Assembly (NCBI RefSeq): GCF_001194135.2
Contig: NC_068981.1
Coordinates: 168,065,555 to 168,129,554, forward strand
Length of the DNA stretch: 64,000 bases
Origin: Octopus bimaculoides
Taxonomy: Eukaryota
Direction of reading: 5' to 3'
In this document: positions 13,691 through 26,490 of the stretch, one piece after another
Position numbering within the stretch: position 1 is the first letter of the stretch
Layout: each line of letters opens with the position of its first letter
Translations under genes and position numbers: made by a program
The notes under the pieces: model-generated
What the model saw: only the letters and a program-made list of their open reading frames with translations
Told to the model about the DNA's origin: nothing
Databases searched by the model: none

Positions 13691-15061
13691 NNNNNNNNNN
13701 NNNNNNNNNNNNNNNNNNNNNNNNNNNNNNNNNNNNNNNNNNNNNNNNNNNNNNNNNNNNNNNNNNNNNNNNNNNNNNNNNNNNNNNNNNNNNNNNNNNN
13801 NNNNNNNNNNNNNNNNNNNNNNNNNNNNNNNNNNNNNNNNNNNNNNNNNNNNNNNNNNNNNNNNNNNNNNNNNNNNNNNNNNNNNNNNNNNNNNNNNNNN
13901 NNNNNNNNNNNNNNNNNNNNNNNNNNNNNNNNNNNNNNNNNNNNNNNNNNNNNNNNNNNNNNNNNNNNNNNNNNNNNNNNNNNNNNNNNNNNNNNNNNNN
14001 NNNNNNNNNNNNNNNNNNNNNNNNNNNNNNNNNNNNNNNNNNNNNNNNNNNNNNNNNNNNNNNNNNNNNNNNNNNNNNNNNNNNNNNNNNNNNNNNNNNN
14101 NNNNNNNNNNNNNNNNNNNNNNNNNNNNNNNNNNNNNNNNNNNNNNNNNNNNNNNNNNNNNNNNNNNNNNNNNNNNNNNNNNNNNNNNNNNNNNNNNNNN
14201 NNNNNNNNNNNNNNNNNNNNNNNNNNNNNNNNNNNNNNNNNNNNNNNNNNNNNNNNNNNNNNNNNNNNNNNNNNNNNNNNNNNNNNNNNNNNNNNNNNNN
14301 NNNNNNNNNNNNNNNNNGCTAAAACAAATAAATCTTCCTGTTTCGTGAAAATGATATTCATCAGCTAACATTATCAAAGCATTATGCAAAACGTACAAAA
14401 GTTAAATTTTATTATGCATAAATTTACATTCATTTCCCTCTCATTACAATCAACAATCACAAATATTTTTATACCCATTACTTTAACATGTAAAGCTTTT
14501 ACTTATTAACAAATAAACCATTTCATTACTTTAAATTTCTTAACTACAATGAAAAATAATTTATATAAAATTATCCTTTCAGCGTAAGTGGGACACATTA
14601 TAGTTATGTTCATTTTTGCTATATACTAACAAGCACGTGCTGTCAGTTATTACTCAGAGTAGGCAGTTGGTGACATTTATGTAGTAAAACACACAAAAAA
14701 TAAGTGAAACAGCCGCATGGCTGAGTTGAAGGCAGATTTACTTCTGCCTTTATATCACGTACAGAAAACGTTGTTGTAGGAATGTACGCAGCATGTGTGC
14801 AACAACAGTATTATGCGTAGCTTAAATATTAAGACCAAAAGGAAGGGGAGAATTTTGCCTTCCTAACCTACCAAAAAATAAAATATTTTGCATTTTATGC
14901 ATAGTAATCATAGTAACCTTCATAATTTTATTGAATTCGGTGCATATTTTGCCATAAAAGGAAAATGTTGCTATCGATCTATTTTATTCAAGGTAACAAC
15001 TGCCTACCTTACCTACCTCGCCTACCTAGGTGGCACGTCCCAGTATACTAACCTTTTCCAG

Positions 15062-15143
15062 GAACAATTTCCATTACCTCTACTATGTTACGATTTATTT
15101 TATCTCAATAACAAGAGTTACGGGCGATATGTACACCGTTCAG
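15062..15143 (+). CDS. Candidate internal exon, unknown product
   Basis: TACTAAC branch point plus CTTTTCCAG acceptor; CAG|GTAGGA donor; 82 nt, open as EQFPLPLLCYDLFYLNNKSYGRYVHRS-G. No homolog recognised. Confidence 0.3.
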
Positions 15144-15595
15144 GTAGGAATGTTGCCATTTGGGTCACTCATACACCATGGAAACCGAGCAATCAAACCT
15201 ATGTGTCCTAGGACTCAAGAAAATAATGTCCAGGGGACTTGCTGTACTTTTTTTATTTGTCTATCTACTTGCTAACTAGGTAATAATTTACATATTTACT
15301 TGACAGAATACATGTATATCTACAATCAATCTATCAATCTATAAACAACCATGAACGAGCACTCAGTTGCTCATATGTTTCTACATACTTATATGTATTA
15401 ACACCCTTGTCTATGCAGTTACCAGCTTTTTCCACTCGCTAATCTGTATAACTCCTACATGTATGTGTATTCATCTTTTACAATTGAATAAATAGACATA
15501 CTTGAAAGTTTACTGGCTGATGTATGTCGATTTTATATCGTATCCGTTTTCTTATTTACTATATATGTATATACATACATATATGTATATATATA

Positions 15596-15765
15596 TACAT
15601 ACGGCGGGCTTCTTTCAGTTTCCGTCTACCAAATCCACTCACATGCTTTGAGCGGCTTGAGACTATAGTAGAAGATATTTCCCCAAGGTGCCACGCGGTG
15701 AGAATGAACCCGGACGCATGTGGTTGGGAAGCAAGCGTCTTATCACTCTGCCACACCTTCGCCTA
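15596..15765 (-). mobile_element. SINE family B, 5' half
   Basis: Reverse complement of the tRNA-like head plus CCTTGGGGAAATATCTTCTACTATAG...GAAACTGAAAGAAGCCCGCCG. Confidence 0.88.
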
Positions 15766-15778
15766 TACATATAATGTG

Positions 15779-15820
<42 letters not shown>

Positions 15821-18395
15821 NNNNNNNNNNNNNNNNNNNNNNNNNNNNNNNNNNNNNNNNNNNNNNNNNNNNNNNNNNNNNNNNNNNNNNNNNNNNNNNN
15901 NNNNNNNNNNNNNNNNNNNNNNNNNNNNNNNNNNNNNNNNNNNNNNNNNNNNNNNNNNNNNNNNNNNNNNNNNNNNNNNNNNNNNNNNNNNNNNNNNNNN
16001 NNNNNNNNNNNNNNNNNNNNNNNNNNNNNNNNNNNNNNNNNNNNNNNNNNNNNNNNNNNNNNNNNNNNNNNNNNNNNNNNNNNNNNNNNNNNNNNNNNNN
16101 NNNNNNNTACCAACTGATTGGTATACGTTCTTCGGAAACGAGAATAATTTTTGATAAATCAAAATTTTATCTTGTGTAGTATTAAATAACTCCATTCAAT
16201 TTTTTGGTTCGAATACATATCACTCGCAACTCAGATTTATTTCTCTCTAAGTTTCACTTTGCGCGCGTGCACGAATGTATGTGCGTGTATGACTGCGCGT
16301 GTATGTGCGGGTGTATTTATAAACTGTGTCCAAGTGGAAATCTGAAAAGCGAACTGAAAAGGAGTTACTACTTTTTAGGTTACCTAGTATGACAATCGGG
16401 TCAGAAATTATACATATTTTTCAAGCAATTTATACTGGTGAGAAATATTTATCAACGTAATTATTCATAATTTGTTTACTATTGCTCGAGGAGAGGGTAT
16501 TTTGCGTTTCAAATTGTGTTACCATAGAATATAATTGATATTGACAATCGTTCAATGGGAAAAGACCAAAGATGAATACAAATGTGTCAAGAAGGGTCAA
16601 CGCGAAGGAAAATAAAGCAAAGACTCTGAATTGCGAAATTAATCGATTTGAATTATCAAAAGTTGGTAGTTACGCTTGGAGTATTACAGAAAAAATTGTT
16701 TCGGTTGGTTTGATCCCTGATTGTGATTGGGCGTCTTCTATAAATTGTACAAGATTGCATTCAAACTAGGAAGCTTTATTTATTATTATCTGCTAAGCCA
16801 ATGACGCATGTACAATCAATGTTGCAGTTTGGGGTTATTTATATTGATCTTTCTGCAAATACAAAGATATTTTTTCAAGTTTCCACTTTGCCTCTCAATG
16901 TGTTACGGACATTTCATAGAATAGTAGTTAGATGATGCTCACCAAAGTTAATCTTAACACAAATGACTGGCAATAAAAACTACATTTATAACGTCTCATG
17001 CACTTTTAAAATGTAAGAAGTATTACTCTTCTTGAGAATGGAACATACTTCAGTGTGTTTTCAATGATTATTGTAGAGCCTTGTAGAAAAATTGTAGGAT
17101 TCGGCGAAGAAAGAAGCTATCTCTATTGTAAATAGATTGAGAAAAATGGATTCAACAATGCCAGAACCGGTCTTAGATTGAAACGATAAGAGGTTTTTTT
17201 CGCCCTTGGTATGTATGTAAACGTAAAAAAAGTCAGGGCGAAAATAGAGGAAAATTTTAAATGTTTCTTTTGGCTTAGAAGCATGTAAGTCATAAATGGC
17301 TGAACACATATGATACAAGGAAAGAAACTGATAGAGAATGAAATGTTTATAACTGACAAAGAACTACAGTGAAAACTTAGTAAAAGAAGCGCTGCATATA
17401 GCATCTCTGAGATTTAATCAACTATTGGTATGCACCCGAAACTTGCAAACTATGGTTAGAAGTTCAAAAGCTGGCGAAACATCAAACCGCTTAACTTAAT
17501 AAGCAAGTAATGCCAAAATGACTACAGTCAACCTTCAAATAAAAGGAAGTTTCAAGTTGATCAAAGAGCGACTGTCTAGCCGTGGACTTCTAAGAAAACA
17601 CATAAACCAACACCACTGGTCGAAGCACAAGTGATTAAAAATTAATTGAGGAAACAGAAAATTCGATTAAACTGATAGAAACGTAGTGTACATGTAAATT
17701 TTAAAAATTGTTTAATCTGTAAAGAGGAAGTTAATAGTGCGAAGAATGATAGTCTTTTCCAATCTATTTGACATTATATAACTTTCATTGAGTCAATATT
17801 TGTTCTTTGAAACTAGACTTTCTAGTGCATATCGAGAAATTAGCAACTGAATAATTCAAAAACTATATCAGCAAATATAAAGGGATTCAAAATAATAGTC
17901 TGGAGTGGAACCGTTTTGTGCTGTGTACATAGCCAAGACAAACTATAACATGACTAGAAGAAAAGTTACTTTGGAATTATCTCAAAATTAGTGTCAAATA
18001 GTTATACAGGCTATGTAGCTGGGATGTAGGTCTATTTGATGGTAAATTAAATCAGACTGGTTGGGTTAGTAATTCTCTTGGTCCAACCGCCTTGTTCTAT
18101 ATGACTTACACAATTTATAATGTGCCTATAGTTAATGTAAAATATTTCCATCAAGGTCCAGGGCGAATAATTTTTCTGTGATTCGCTATGAAGCGTAATA
18201 CCTCATATACTGCATTTAGTTTGTAGGCTTGGCAATGTCTAGAAGATATTAATGCAGAGCAGCTTATCTGTAGTGGACATATATANNNNNNNNNNNNNNN
18301 NNNNNNNNNNNNNNNNNNNNNNNNNNNNNNNNNNNNNNNNNNNNNNNNNNNNNNNNNNNNNNNNNNNNNNNNNNNNNNNNNNNNNNNNNNNNNNN

Positions 18396-18427
<32 letters not shown>

Positions 18428-20195
18428 CTTTGCCTGTGTTTTCTAAAAGGTATTTCCAAATAAGTTGGTGAATGAGAGGAAATATGGCAAAGTGACTAGA
18501 GCATTACATCTCTCAGTTTCACTGCTTGTGAATCTGTCTAAAATATCGATACCTACATCGATGTGTTAAATCATATAACTACAACGATATGAAATTTGTA
18601 TAAGAGAAATAACAGCGGTAAGAATCAGTACTTTTAACGCTTAATTTATAACCCAATACATAAGCCAAGTGCTAATACCAGCTCAACATGGTTGTTACTA
18701 CTGAAAGACAAATATAAATAACCCAAAACTGCAACGTTAATTGCACATGCTGCAGCGACTGAAGCAGCTATACCTTATGAATACTCATCACTATGAAACA
18801 AGGCCACATAATTTAATGGGAAGAAGTACAGTCTATTAAATTGACTGGCCCCAGTTATATTTAGTGTTCATTTTATTGACACACTCACCTATACCTAGAC
18901 CTGTTCAGAAGCGTACAAAACAAAGACGGTTTTGGTAGCATTGAAACTTCAAAAGAAAGAAGTACATAAATATCCAGCAAAATATTAAATCTGACACTTC
19001 ATCCTTTCGGCAACTCCACCACCCTGAGAATATACCAATGAAAATACTCGGTGACTATGTTATTAAGTGCTGAGGAACTTCTCTCTACAGTGAGGAACGA
19101 TAACAACTATTGAAATCTGCCCTTGTTTTGCATATAATAAATATATCAACACAGCAATTTTATAGTAATTTGCTTTAGTCGTTGTTTTTTTATGATATTG
19201 TCTTTTTTTTTATCTATTTTATTTTCCTTTATTTTGTTTCTTTGATTCTTTATGTGATCGACAGTTGTTATCTTTTACTGGACTATCAACCATAAAACGC
19301 GAATCTCTAGTAAAATAGAATTTCCATTTTTATTGTACTTCTTATCTGACAATCGATATTTAAGTTTAATAAAAGAAAATAAATAAAACGGTTAAATCAT
19401 CATTTCTCAACAGTCTCCAGCTTTCAGAGCACTGTTCGGGTTATTTAACTTGGTTCGTTTCTATTAGTTGTTTCTTTTTTTATTATATATTATTGTATAT
19501 AAACTTTTTTCTTTCTTTTTTTTCATTATCTGAACAAAGGCCTAAATTCCTATTTACAAATAACATTCTCAAGACGTTTTCATCAATGCATCATCATTTT
19601 CCCACTAAAATACTTTCAAAGCAGCATTATTTTTTTTTTTCATCGATGTGCCATATTTTCTTATTTTCTTGTATTGTTATATCTTCTCTTTTCATTTGAT
19701 TATATATTTATTTATTTATCTATTTATATTGTAGCTTTGTTATATTTGTAGTTTTATTTTACTTCAGTAATAATCGAACTTTAAGAAGCACAAAGTACCA
19801 GGTATCATGTGCATGAATTCTTTTAGCATTTTGCAAGATAAAATCGAAAATCTCATCGTATTGATGTTTGGTTGGACATAAGCTACAAGAATATTGATTT
19901 TATTTTACTTTTACCCTTTAGAGAAATTAACTATAAAGGAAAGGAATTTGTGAAGTTGGCGCCATTTTTCTTTTGTCTCATTTCGAGTTTATATTTTTTT
20001 TTTCAAAAATTATTTGTTTTATGTTTTATTCCTTCCATGTACAAATGATCTGTTAGACTTCAAAAAGTAAGAATTTAAAAGGAAAATATAAACATACAGA
20101 GATAGGAACGCACAGGAAATGTATATACATACATACATACATACATACATACATACATACATGCATATATATACATACATACATACATACATACA

Positions 20196-20226
<31 letters not shown>

Positions 20227-20313
20227 GTATACATACATATATATATGAATATATATATNNNNNNNNNNNNNNNNNNNNNNNNNNNNNNNNNNNNNNNNNN
20301 NNNNNNNNNNNNN

Positions 20314-20349
<36 letters not shown>

Positions 20350-20660
20350 TGCATGTATGTGTGTATGTATATACGTGTGTATATATGAACATATACGTAT
20401 TTTCATACACACACGCATGCACGCACACACACACACACATACACACACATATACATAAAAATACATATATGTTCATATTTATAGACTGCTTTTATTGACA
20501 TACCGTTGCTTTTATGGTTGCTACAGTTCTTGTGCCTCTCATTATAGCAGTTTCTGTTTGTTTTTGCCTTTAATCTTTCTAATACTATTGATAATATTCT
20601 TGCATATATCTGCTGTTGGGATTGTAAATAATTTTTGAACTAATATGGTGCATGCATGTG

Positions 20661-20723
<63 letters not shown>

Positions 20724-21260
20724 CACACGTACATATATATATATATATATATATATACACGTACATATTTACTTACATACNNNNNNNNNNNNNNNNNNNN
20801 NNNNNNNNNNNNNNNNNNNNNNNNNNNNNNNNNNNNNNNNNNNNNNNNNNNNNNNNNNNNNNNNNNNNNNNNNNNNNNNNNNNNNNNNNNNNNNNNNNNN
20901 NNNNNNNNNNNNNNNNNNNNNNNNNNNNNNNNNNNNNNNNNNNNNNNNNNNNNNNNNNNNNNNNNNNNNNNNNNNNNNNNNNNNNNNNNNNNNNNNNNNN
21001 NNNNNNNNNNNNNNNNNNNNNNNNNNNNNNNNNNNNNNNNNNNNNNNNNNNNNNNNNNNNNNNNNNNNNNNNNNNNNNNNNNNNNNNNNNNNNNNNNNNN
21101 NNNNNNNNNNNNNNNNNNNNNNNNNNNNNNNNNNNNNNNNNNNNNNNNNNNNNNNNNNNNNNNNNNNNNNNNNNNNNNNNNNNNNNNNNNNNNNNNNNNN
21201 NNNNNNNNNNNNNNNNNNNNNNNNNNNNNNNNNNNNNTGAAGAGAAGAAGCAAACATGTG

Positions 21261-21306
<46 letters not shown>

Positions 21307-21798
21307 AATGTCATGCACTGGGAGAGTAGTGGTATTTACAGTGATGTGCCAGCCTTAATGCCTAACTTTTTCCACTTATATTTGTTCGTCTACCTTGTCC
21401 GATCAAAGAGTGCCGTTGTTGACTTTGCCTTTTATTTCTATGACGCTCGTTAAAAAGTAAGTAGCTAAGATCTTATTAATCACAGTTAGAAAATCAATAT
21501 TTCGATTTTTGTTGTTCTTTTTTTCTTATATAATTGTATTAGTAAGATCAGCATACGATAGCGACACTTGAGCTGAGAGCTTTAGCAAAAATGATTTTAA
21601 AAACAGAATTACAGATGAAACAGGTGAGATTCAGATAACATACGAAACAACAACTAGGTAAACCAACAGTGATATTAGAGAGAAGTACAATAATCCTTGA
21701 ACCTGTGGCATAGAATTATAAACTGGTTATTAAGATGAATAGTTGACTTAGTTTTCACACGGTTTAACATCACCAAATGGCATTTCGTATTTTTATAG

Positions 21799-21899
21799 GA
21801 GCATTTGAACCAGGACTTTGGTATATAGATATACAAAAAAAACCTACAAACTTGGCTGCCTTGAATATGAATGTCACTACACCAATACATGAATCGTAA
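21799..21899 (+). CDS. Candidate terminal coding exon, unknown product
   Basis: TTTCGTATTTTTATAG acceptor, phase 1, (G)AFEPGLWYIDIQKKPTNLAALNMNVTTPIHES*. Phase-compatible with exon 15062-15143. Confidence 0.25.
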
Positions 21900-22260
21900 T
21901 GTCTTCCTCCCTTTTCATTGAAAACGTTACTACTACTACTACTACTACTATTGATGATGATGATGATTATTCAGCCGCCGCCGCCACCATCATCAATATC
22001 TTCGTGTTTGAATTGCTCTGACTTCCAACATCGACGGTCCGTGAAGTTGCATCGTTATCCATTAACTTCTCCGAGCAAATTTCGTTGTTTTATTTGTGAA
22101 TATTGTTTAACATATTCTCGAGAAAAGAGGGTTTGAAACACTCCATATCTCCTTCCATTAAGGAAGACACAACTATGTTCCCCATTGTTTGTTGTCTACG
22201 GACAAATGCATTAAACCTGTCAGTTAGTCTGATGTTTAATGATGGATGCATGGTGGAAGT

Positions 22261-22395
22261 CAACCATGATAGCTGGCGTAGAAGTAACAACTCTACGAAA
22301 AATTTTGGTTGAAGCCATTTTTTCGCTTTGACCAGAAAAACTTGCCAGGCAAGTGCAGCTCCAGTGGTTCTTCTACACCCAGCTATCATGGCTTG
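22261..22395 (+). ncRNA. Candidate structured RNA (branched stem-loop)
   Basis: Arms 22261-22288 and 22367-22395 pair (perfect 13-bp core CCATGATAGCTGG/CCAGCTATCATGG) and enclose two further hairpins. Confidence 0.45.
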
Positions 22396-22684
22396 TACAT
22401 AAGTGTGTATACTCTGACGATAACATACGGCTGCGTTGAAACGCAGCAGGGAGGCACTTCTATGAATAACAACATGATCTTCAAGAGTGAGGAGGAAATT
22501 AAGAGCAGCAAACCAGCCAAGCGTTAGGAGTAACAGCAGCAATTTCCTTCTCTGTTTTCAGCGACAACGATTTCTCATCTATCCCAGTCGTAAAAAGGGC
22601 GGCAGTGACAAAAATAAGAATAGTAGCAGCAACAACGATGACAATTACTTTTTGTTGTCGTTGCTAAGTATTTTGTTCGTCGTG

Positions 22685-23615
22685 CTAACGATTCTTATTT
22701 CTTTACTGCTCACAAGGAGCCACACACAGAGGGGACAAACAAAGACAGACAAACGGATTAAGTCGATTACGTCGACCCCAGTGCGTAACTGGTACTTAAT
22801 TTATCGACCCCGAAAGGATGAAAGGCAAAGTGTACCTCGGCGAAATTTGAACTCAGAACGTAACAGCAGACGAAATACCGTTAAGCATTTCACCCGACGT
22901 GCTAACGTTTCTGCCAGCTCGCCGCCTTTTCGATAATAATACTTTCTACTATAGACACCACGCCTGAAATTCTGGGGAGTAGGATAGTCGATTACATCGA
23001 TCCCAGGACTCAACGGTTACTTTTTTTATTCACGACAAAAGTGTGAAAGGCAACGCCGACCTCGGTGGAATTTGAACTCACAACGTGAAGGCGGACGAAA
23101 TGCTGTTAAGCATTTCGCCCAGCGTGCTAACGATTTTACCAACTCGCCGCCTTCTTTTCGACAATAATAATCCTTTCTACTAAAAGCACAAGGCTTGAAA
23201 CTTGGAGGAGGGGGTAAGTCGATTACATCAACCCCAGTGCTCAAGTACTTATTTCATCGATTCCGAAAGGATGAAAGGCAAAGTCGACGCCGGTGGAATT
23301 TGAACTCAGAACGTAAAAACTGACGAAATGCCGCTAAGCATTTTGCCCAGCATGCTAACGATTCTGCTAGCTCGCGGCCTTCTCTTCGACAATAATAATG
23401 GTTTCAAATTTTACCACAACGGCTGCAATTTTGAGGGAGGGTGATGAGTCGATTACATCGGCCCCAGTGTTCAACTGGTACTTCTTTTATAGACCCCGAA
23501 AGGATGAAAGACAAAGTCGACCTCAGCGGAATTTGAACTCAGAACGAAGTAACAGACGAAATACCACTAAGCATTTCGTCCAGCGTGCTAACGATTCTGC
23601 CAGCTTACCGCCTGC
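22685..23615 (-). mobile_element. Head-to-tail tetramer of SINE family A copies
   Basis: Four units whose heads end near 22927, 23153, 23381 and 23613, with different subfamily tails, joined by a CTTTTCGACAATAATAAT-like linker. Confidence 0.93.
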
Positions 23616-24141
23616 TTTTCGGCGGTAATAATAACAACAGTAAAACATCCAGTAACAATAGCAAGGCAACAACACTATGACGAGTTTCGAGAGCAACAGC
23701 ATCAACAACAACAACAACACACCACCAGACCGAGCACGAGTTCAGCTAAGTCTCATAACATCAAGCAGTACAACTCCGTCACAAACGCTTCCTCTACAGC
23801 AATTGGCATTATTGCCTCAAGCAGTAATACAACATCAACAAGAGTCGTAGCAAGGTGGCTGCTGGGTCTAGCTAGTTCGCAAGTGTGACAAAACGAACAG
23901 AATGGTCGAAGTTCCAAGAAGAAAAACTGACGGAGAAATCAAGGGTGCCGTTCGAAATCAAGAAAGAAAAAGTCGCCTTGATCGTTCTAAAGCAGATTTT
24001 GGAAAATTCTGAGGTACGCAGTACAAAGGTCGACACAGGTATATGTGATATTCTGCTTATAAGAGATGTGGAATGAGAAAATGCCCTTACTCCTTGCAGG
24101 AGTTATAGGATGATGGTCGTCATATTCTCTCTGAGGCGTAG

Positions 24142-24301
24142 AGGAGTGGCTGTGTGGTAAGTAGCTTGCTTACAAACCACATGGTTCCGGGTTCAGTCCC
24201 ACTGTGTGGCACCTTGGGTAAGTGTCTTCTACTATAGCCTCGGGCCGACCAAAGCTTTGTGAGTGGATTTGGTAGACAGAAACTGAAAGAAGCCCGCCGT
24301 A

Positions 24302-24305
<4 letters not shown>
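24142..24305 (+). mobile_element. SINE family B, 5' half, running into a (TA)n gap
   Basis: GGAGTGGCTGTGTGGTAAGTAGCTTGC...GGTTCAGTCCC (B-box-like)...CACCTTGGGTAAGTGTCTTCTACTATAGCC. Confidence 0.93.
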
Positions 24306-24333
<28 letters not shown>

Positions 24334-25588
24334 NNNNNNNNNNNNNNNNNNNNNNNNNNNNNNNNNNNNNNNNNNNNNNNNNNNNNNNNNNNNNNNNNNN
24401 NNNNNNNNNNNNNNNNNNNNNNNNNNNNNNNNNNNNNNNNNNNNNNNNNNNNNNNNNNNNNNNNNNNNNNNNNNNNNNNNNNNNNNNNNNNNNNNNNNNN
24501 NNNNNNNNNNNNNNNNNNNNNNNNNNNNNNNNNNNNNNNNNNNNNNNNNNNNNNNAAAGAGTATAAGGTACTTTACCACCCCAGTCAAGAGTGAAGAACT
24601 CGTCTTCATCCCACAATGCATTTTCCTTCACTCCTACGAGCTTGACAAATTAAACACCAGTCAGATACTGGAGCCGATATAATTTATTATAATTCCTTCT
24701 AGTTTTGAGAATGTACAGGAAATCATTGTTGGTTTTTTTTACAGTAATATAATCTACATTATTTCTGCTTGTGCATCTTTCTTTCAGACTTTTAAAAGCT
24801 TTTTAATTTTATCTGATTTTATTTATTAATTTGGAGAATATAACGGGCAACAGAAATTACAAGGTTTCATGTTTTTCTCTTCTTTTCATATTTTTCTTTT
24901 TCTTGTCTTTTTCTTTCTTTATTTATTTTTTAAAGCAATATTTTCAATAATATTCTTCAAAGTAAAACCGAAAGAAAAAAATGAATTTGAAAAATCTTTG
25001 AAACAATGAAAACAAAACAAAGAATAATAAACAACAAATGCAACTTCAGAAAAGAATATTTCGTTGTTTTTTGTTGTTATTTAATTCAGAACCAAACTCG
25101 CTATCGGTTTTGCGATTACGATCAATTTTCAAAGATAGATTAGTTTCTCAGCAAATATTCGACCAGTTCAATAAGTTCATTTCATCAATGTTAACATTTT
25201 TTGTTTTATTTATTTATTGTGATTTTTCAAAAGATAAATTGAATTTTTTAAAACATTGTTTCGATGACTGAAGGAGAAAAAAATCCCAAAAGAATCCGGT
25301 GCGTTCCTGATAGAAAATATTTTCTGGAGGAGCGTTTGTTTAAACTATTATACCAATTCGTTTAAACTATGTTTAATAACAATGGATTCATCTTTCATTT
25401 AGTCATTCATTCATTCCATTCTTTTCATGTAATTCATTACCACAAACGCATTAAAAATTTTCAATCCACCTCTTATCCGGTTGTTCTGCGCGAAGTTCAA
25501 GGCAAATTCATAATATTGCTTTTGACGTTGCTTATGGTTTTTTTCATTCCATTCCCATATCCGGCATTCTTAGACAATTTATTTTCAG

Positions 25589-25680
25589 ATATTAACAATG
25601 ACATTCTTCAAATAAATGATGTACTAGATTCAAATCTAGAGAACACTGGACGCTATAATAAAACGCCCACAAAATCCTGA
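25589..25680 (+). CDS. Candidate terminal coding exon, unknown product
   Basis: AATTTATTTTCAG acceptor, phase 1, (D)INNDILQINDVLDSNLENTGRYNKTPTKS*. Confidence 0.2.
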
Positions 25681-25888
25681 TAGAACAGTTTTTTTCTTAA
25701 ATCTCTCTTACTCAATTATTCCACTGTTCTTATAGTGTAGGTATAGGAAAGTTGTGTAGGTAAAGATTCAAGAGAGGAGTGAGAGAATAGATGCTTTTCG
25801 TATACCATTCGAGAAATTACAGGTTCTGGAATTGTTGTCTTGATAAACGACATACCCTTACCAGACTGACATGTAATTGCTAATGTTA

Positions 25889-25959
<71 letters not shown>

Positions 25960-25961
<2 letters not shown>

Positions 25962-26490
25962 GGCAGTGAGCTGGCAAACTCGTTAACCCAGCGGACAAAA
26001 CGATTGGCAGCATTTCGTCCGTCTTTATGGTCTGAGTTCAAATTCTGCCGAAGTCGTCTTTGACTTTCATCTTTCGGTATCGATAAAATGAGTGCCCGTT
26101 GAATACTGAAGTCGATGTAATTAATCGACAAGCCCCCTGCCCTTAAATTACAGGTCTTGTGCCTATAGTAGAAACAATTGATATTATTCTTAAGGAAGCA
26201 AGCTCGCAGAATTGTTAGCATGTTGGGAGAAATGCTTTGCAGCATTTCTCCCGGCTCTACGCTCTGAGTTCAAATGTAGAAAGAAGAATCATTTTTATTC
26301 TTGAGGCAGCTAACTGGCAAAACCGTTAGAGAATCGGGCAAAATTCAAACAGTATTTCTTCCGTCTTTTCCTTTCATCCATCCACGGTCGATAAAATAAA
26401 TTACCGTTTGAGCACTAAAGTCGATCTAATCAATCAATCCACTTTCATGAAAAAATTGCTGGCCTTGTACCAAAATGTGAATCCATTATT
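25960..26490 (+). mobile_element. Cluster of three SINE family A copies (full, partial, diverged) after (ATT)n
   Basis: Heads at about 25960, 26192 and 26303; (ATT)n at 25885-25960. Confidence 0.85.

Noticed and set aside
17061-17404. Hydrophobic minus-strand ORFs resembling GPCR TM6-7 (..LNPFF..)
   Set aside because: The hydrophobicity follows from T-rich sequence; no diagnostic motifs or splice structure.
22261-22395. SECIS element (ATGA...AA in a stem)
   Set aside because: ATGA pairs Watson-Crick with TCAT; the non-canonical GA quartet is absent.
22090-22542. 150-aa minus-strand ORF
   Set aside because: Starts at TTG, no recognisable homology or splice sites; the fold's G-U bias favours the plus strand.
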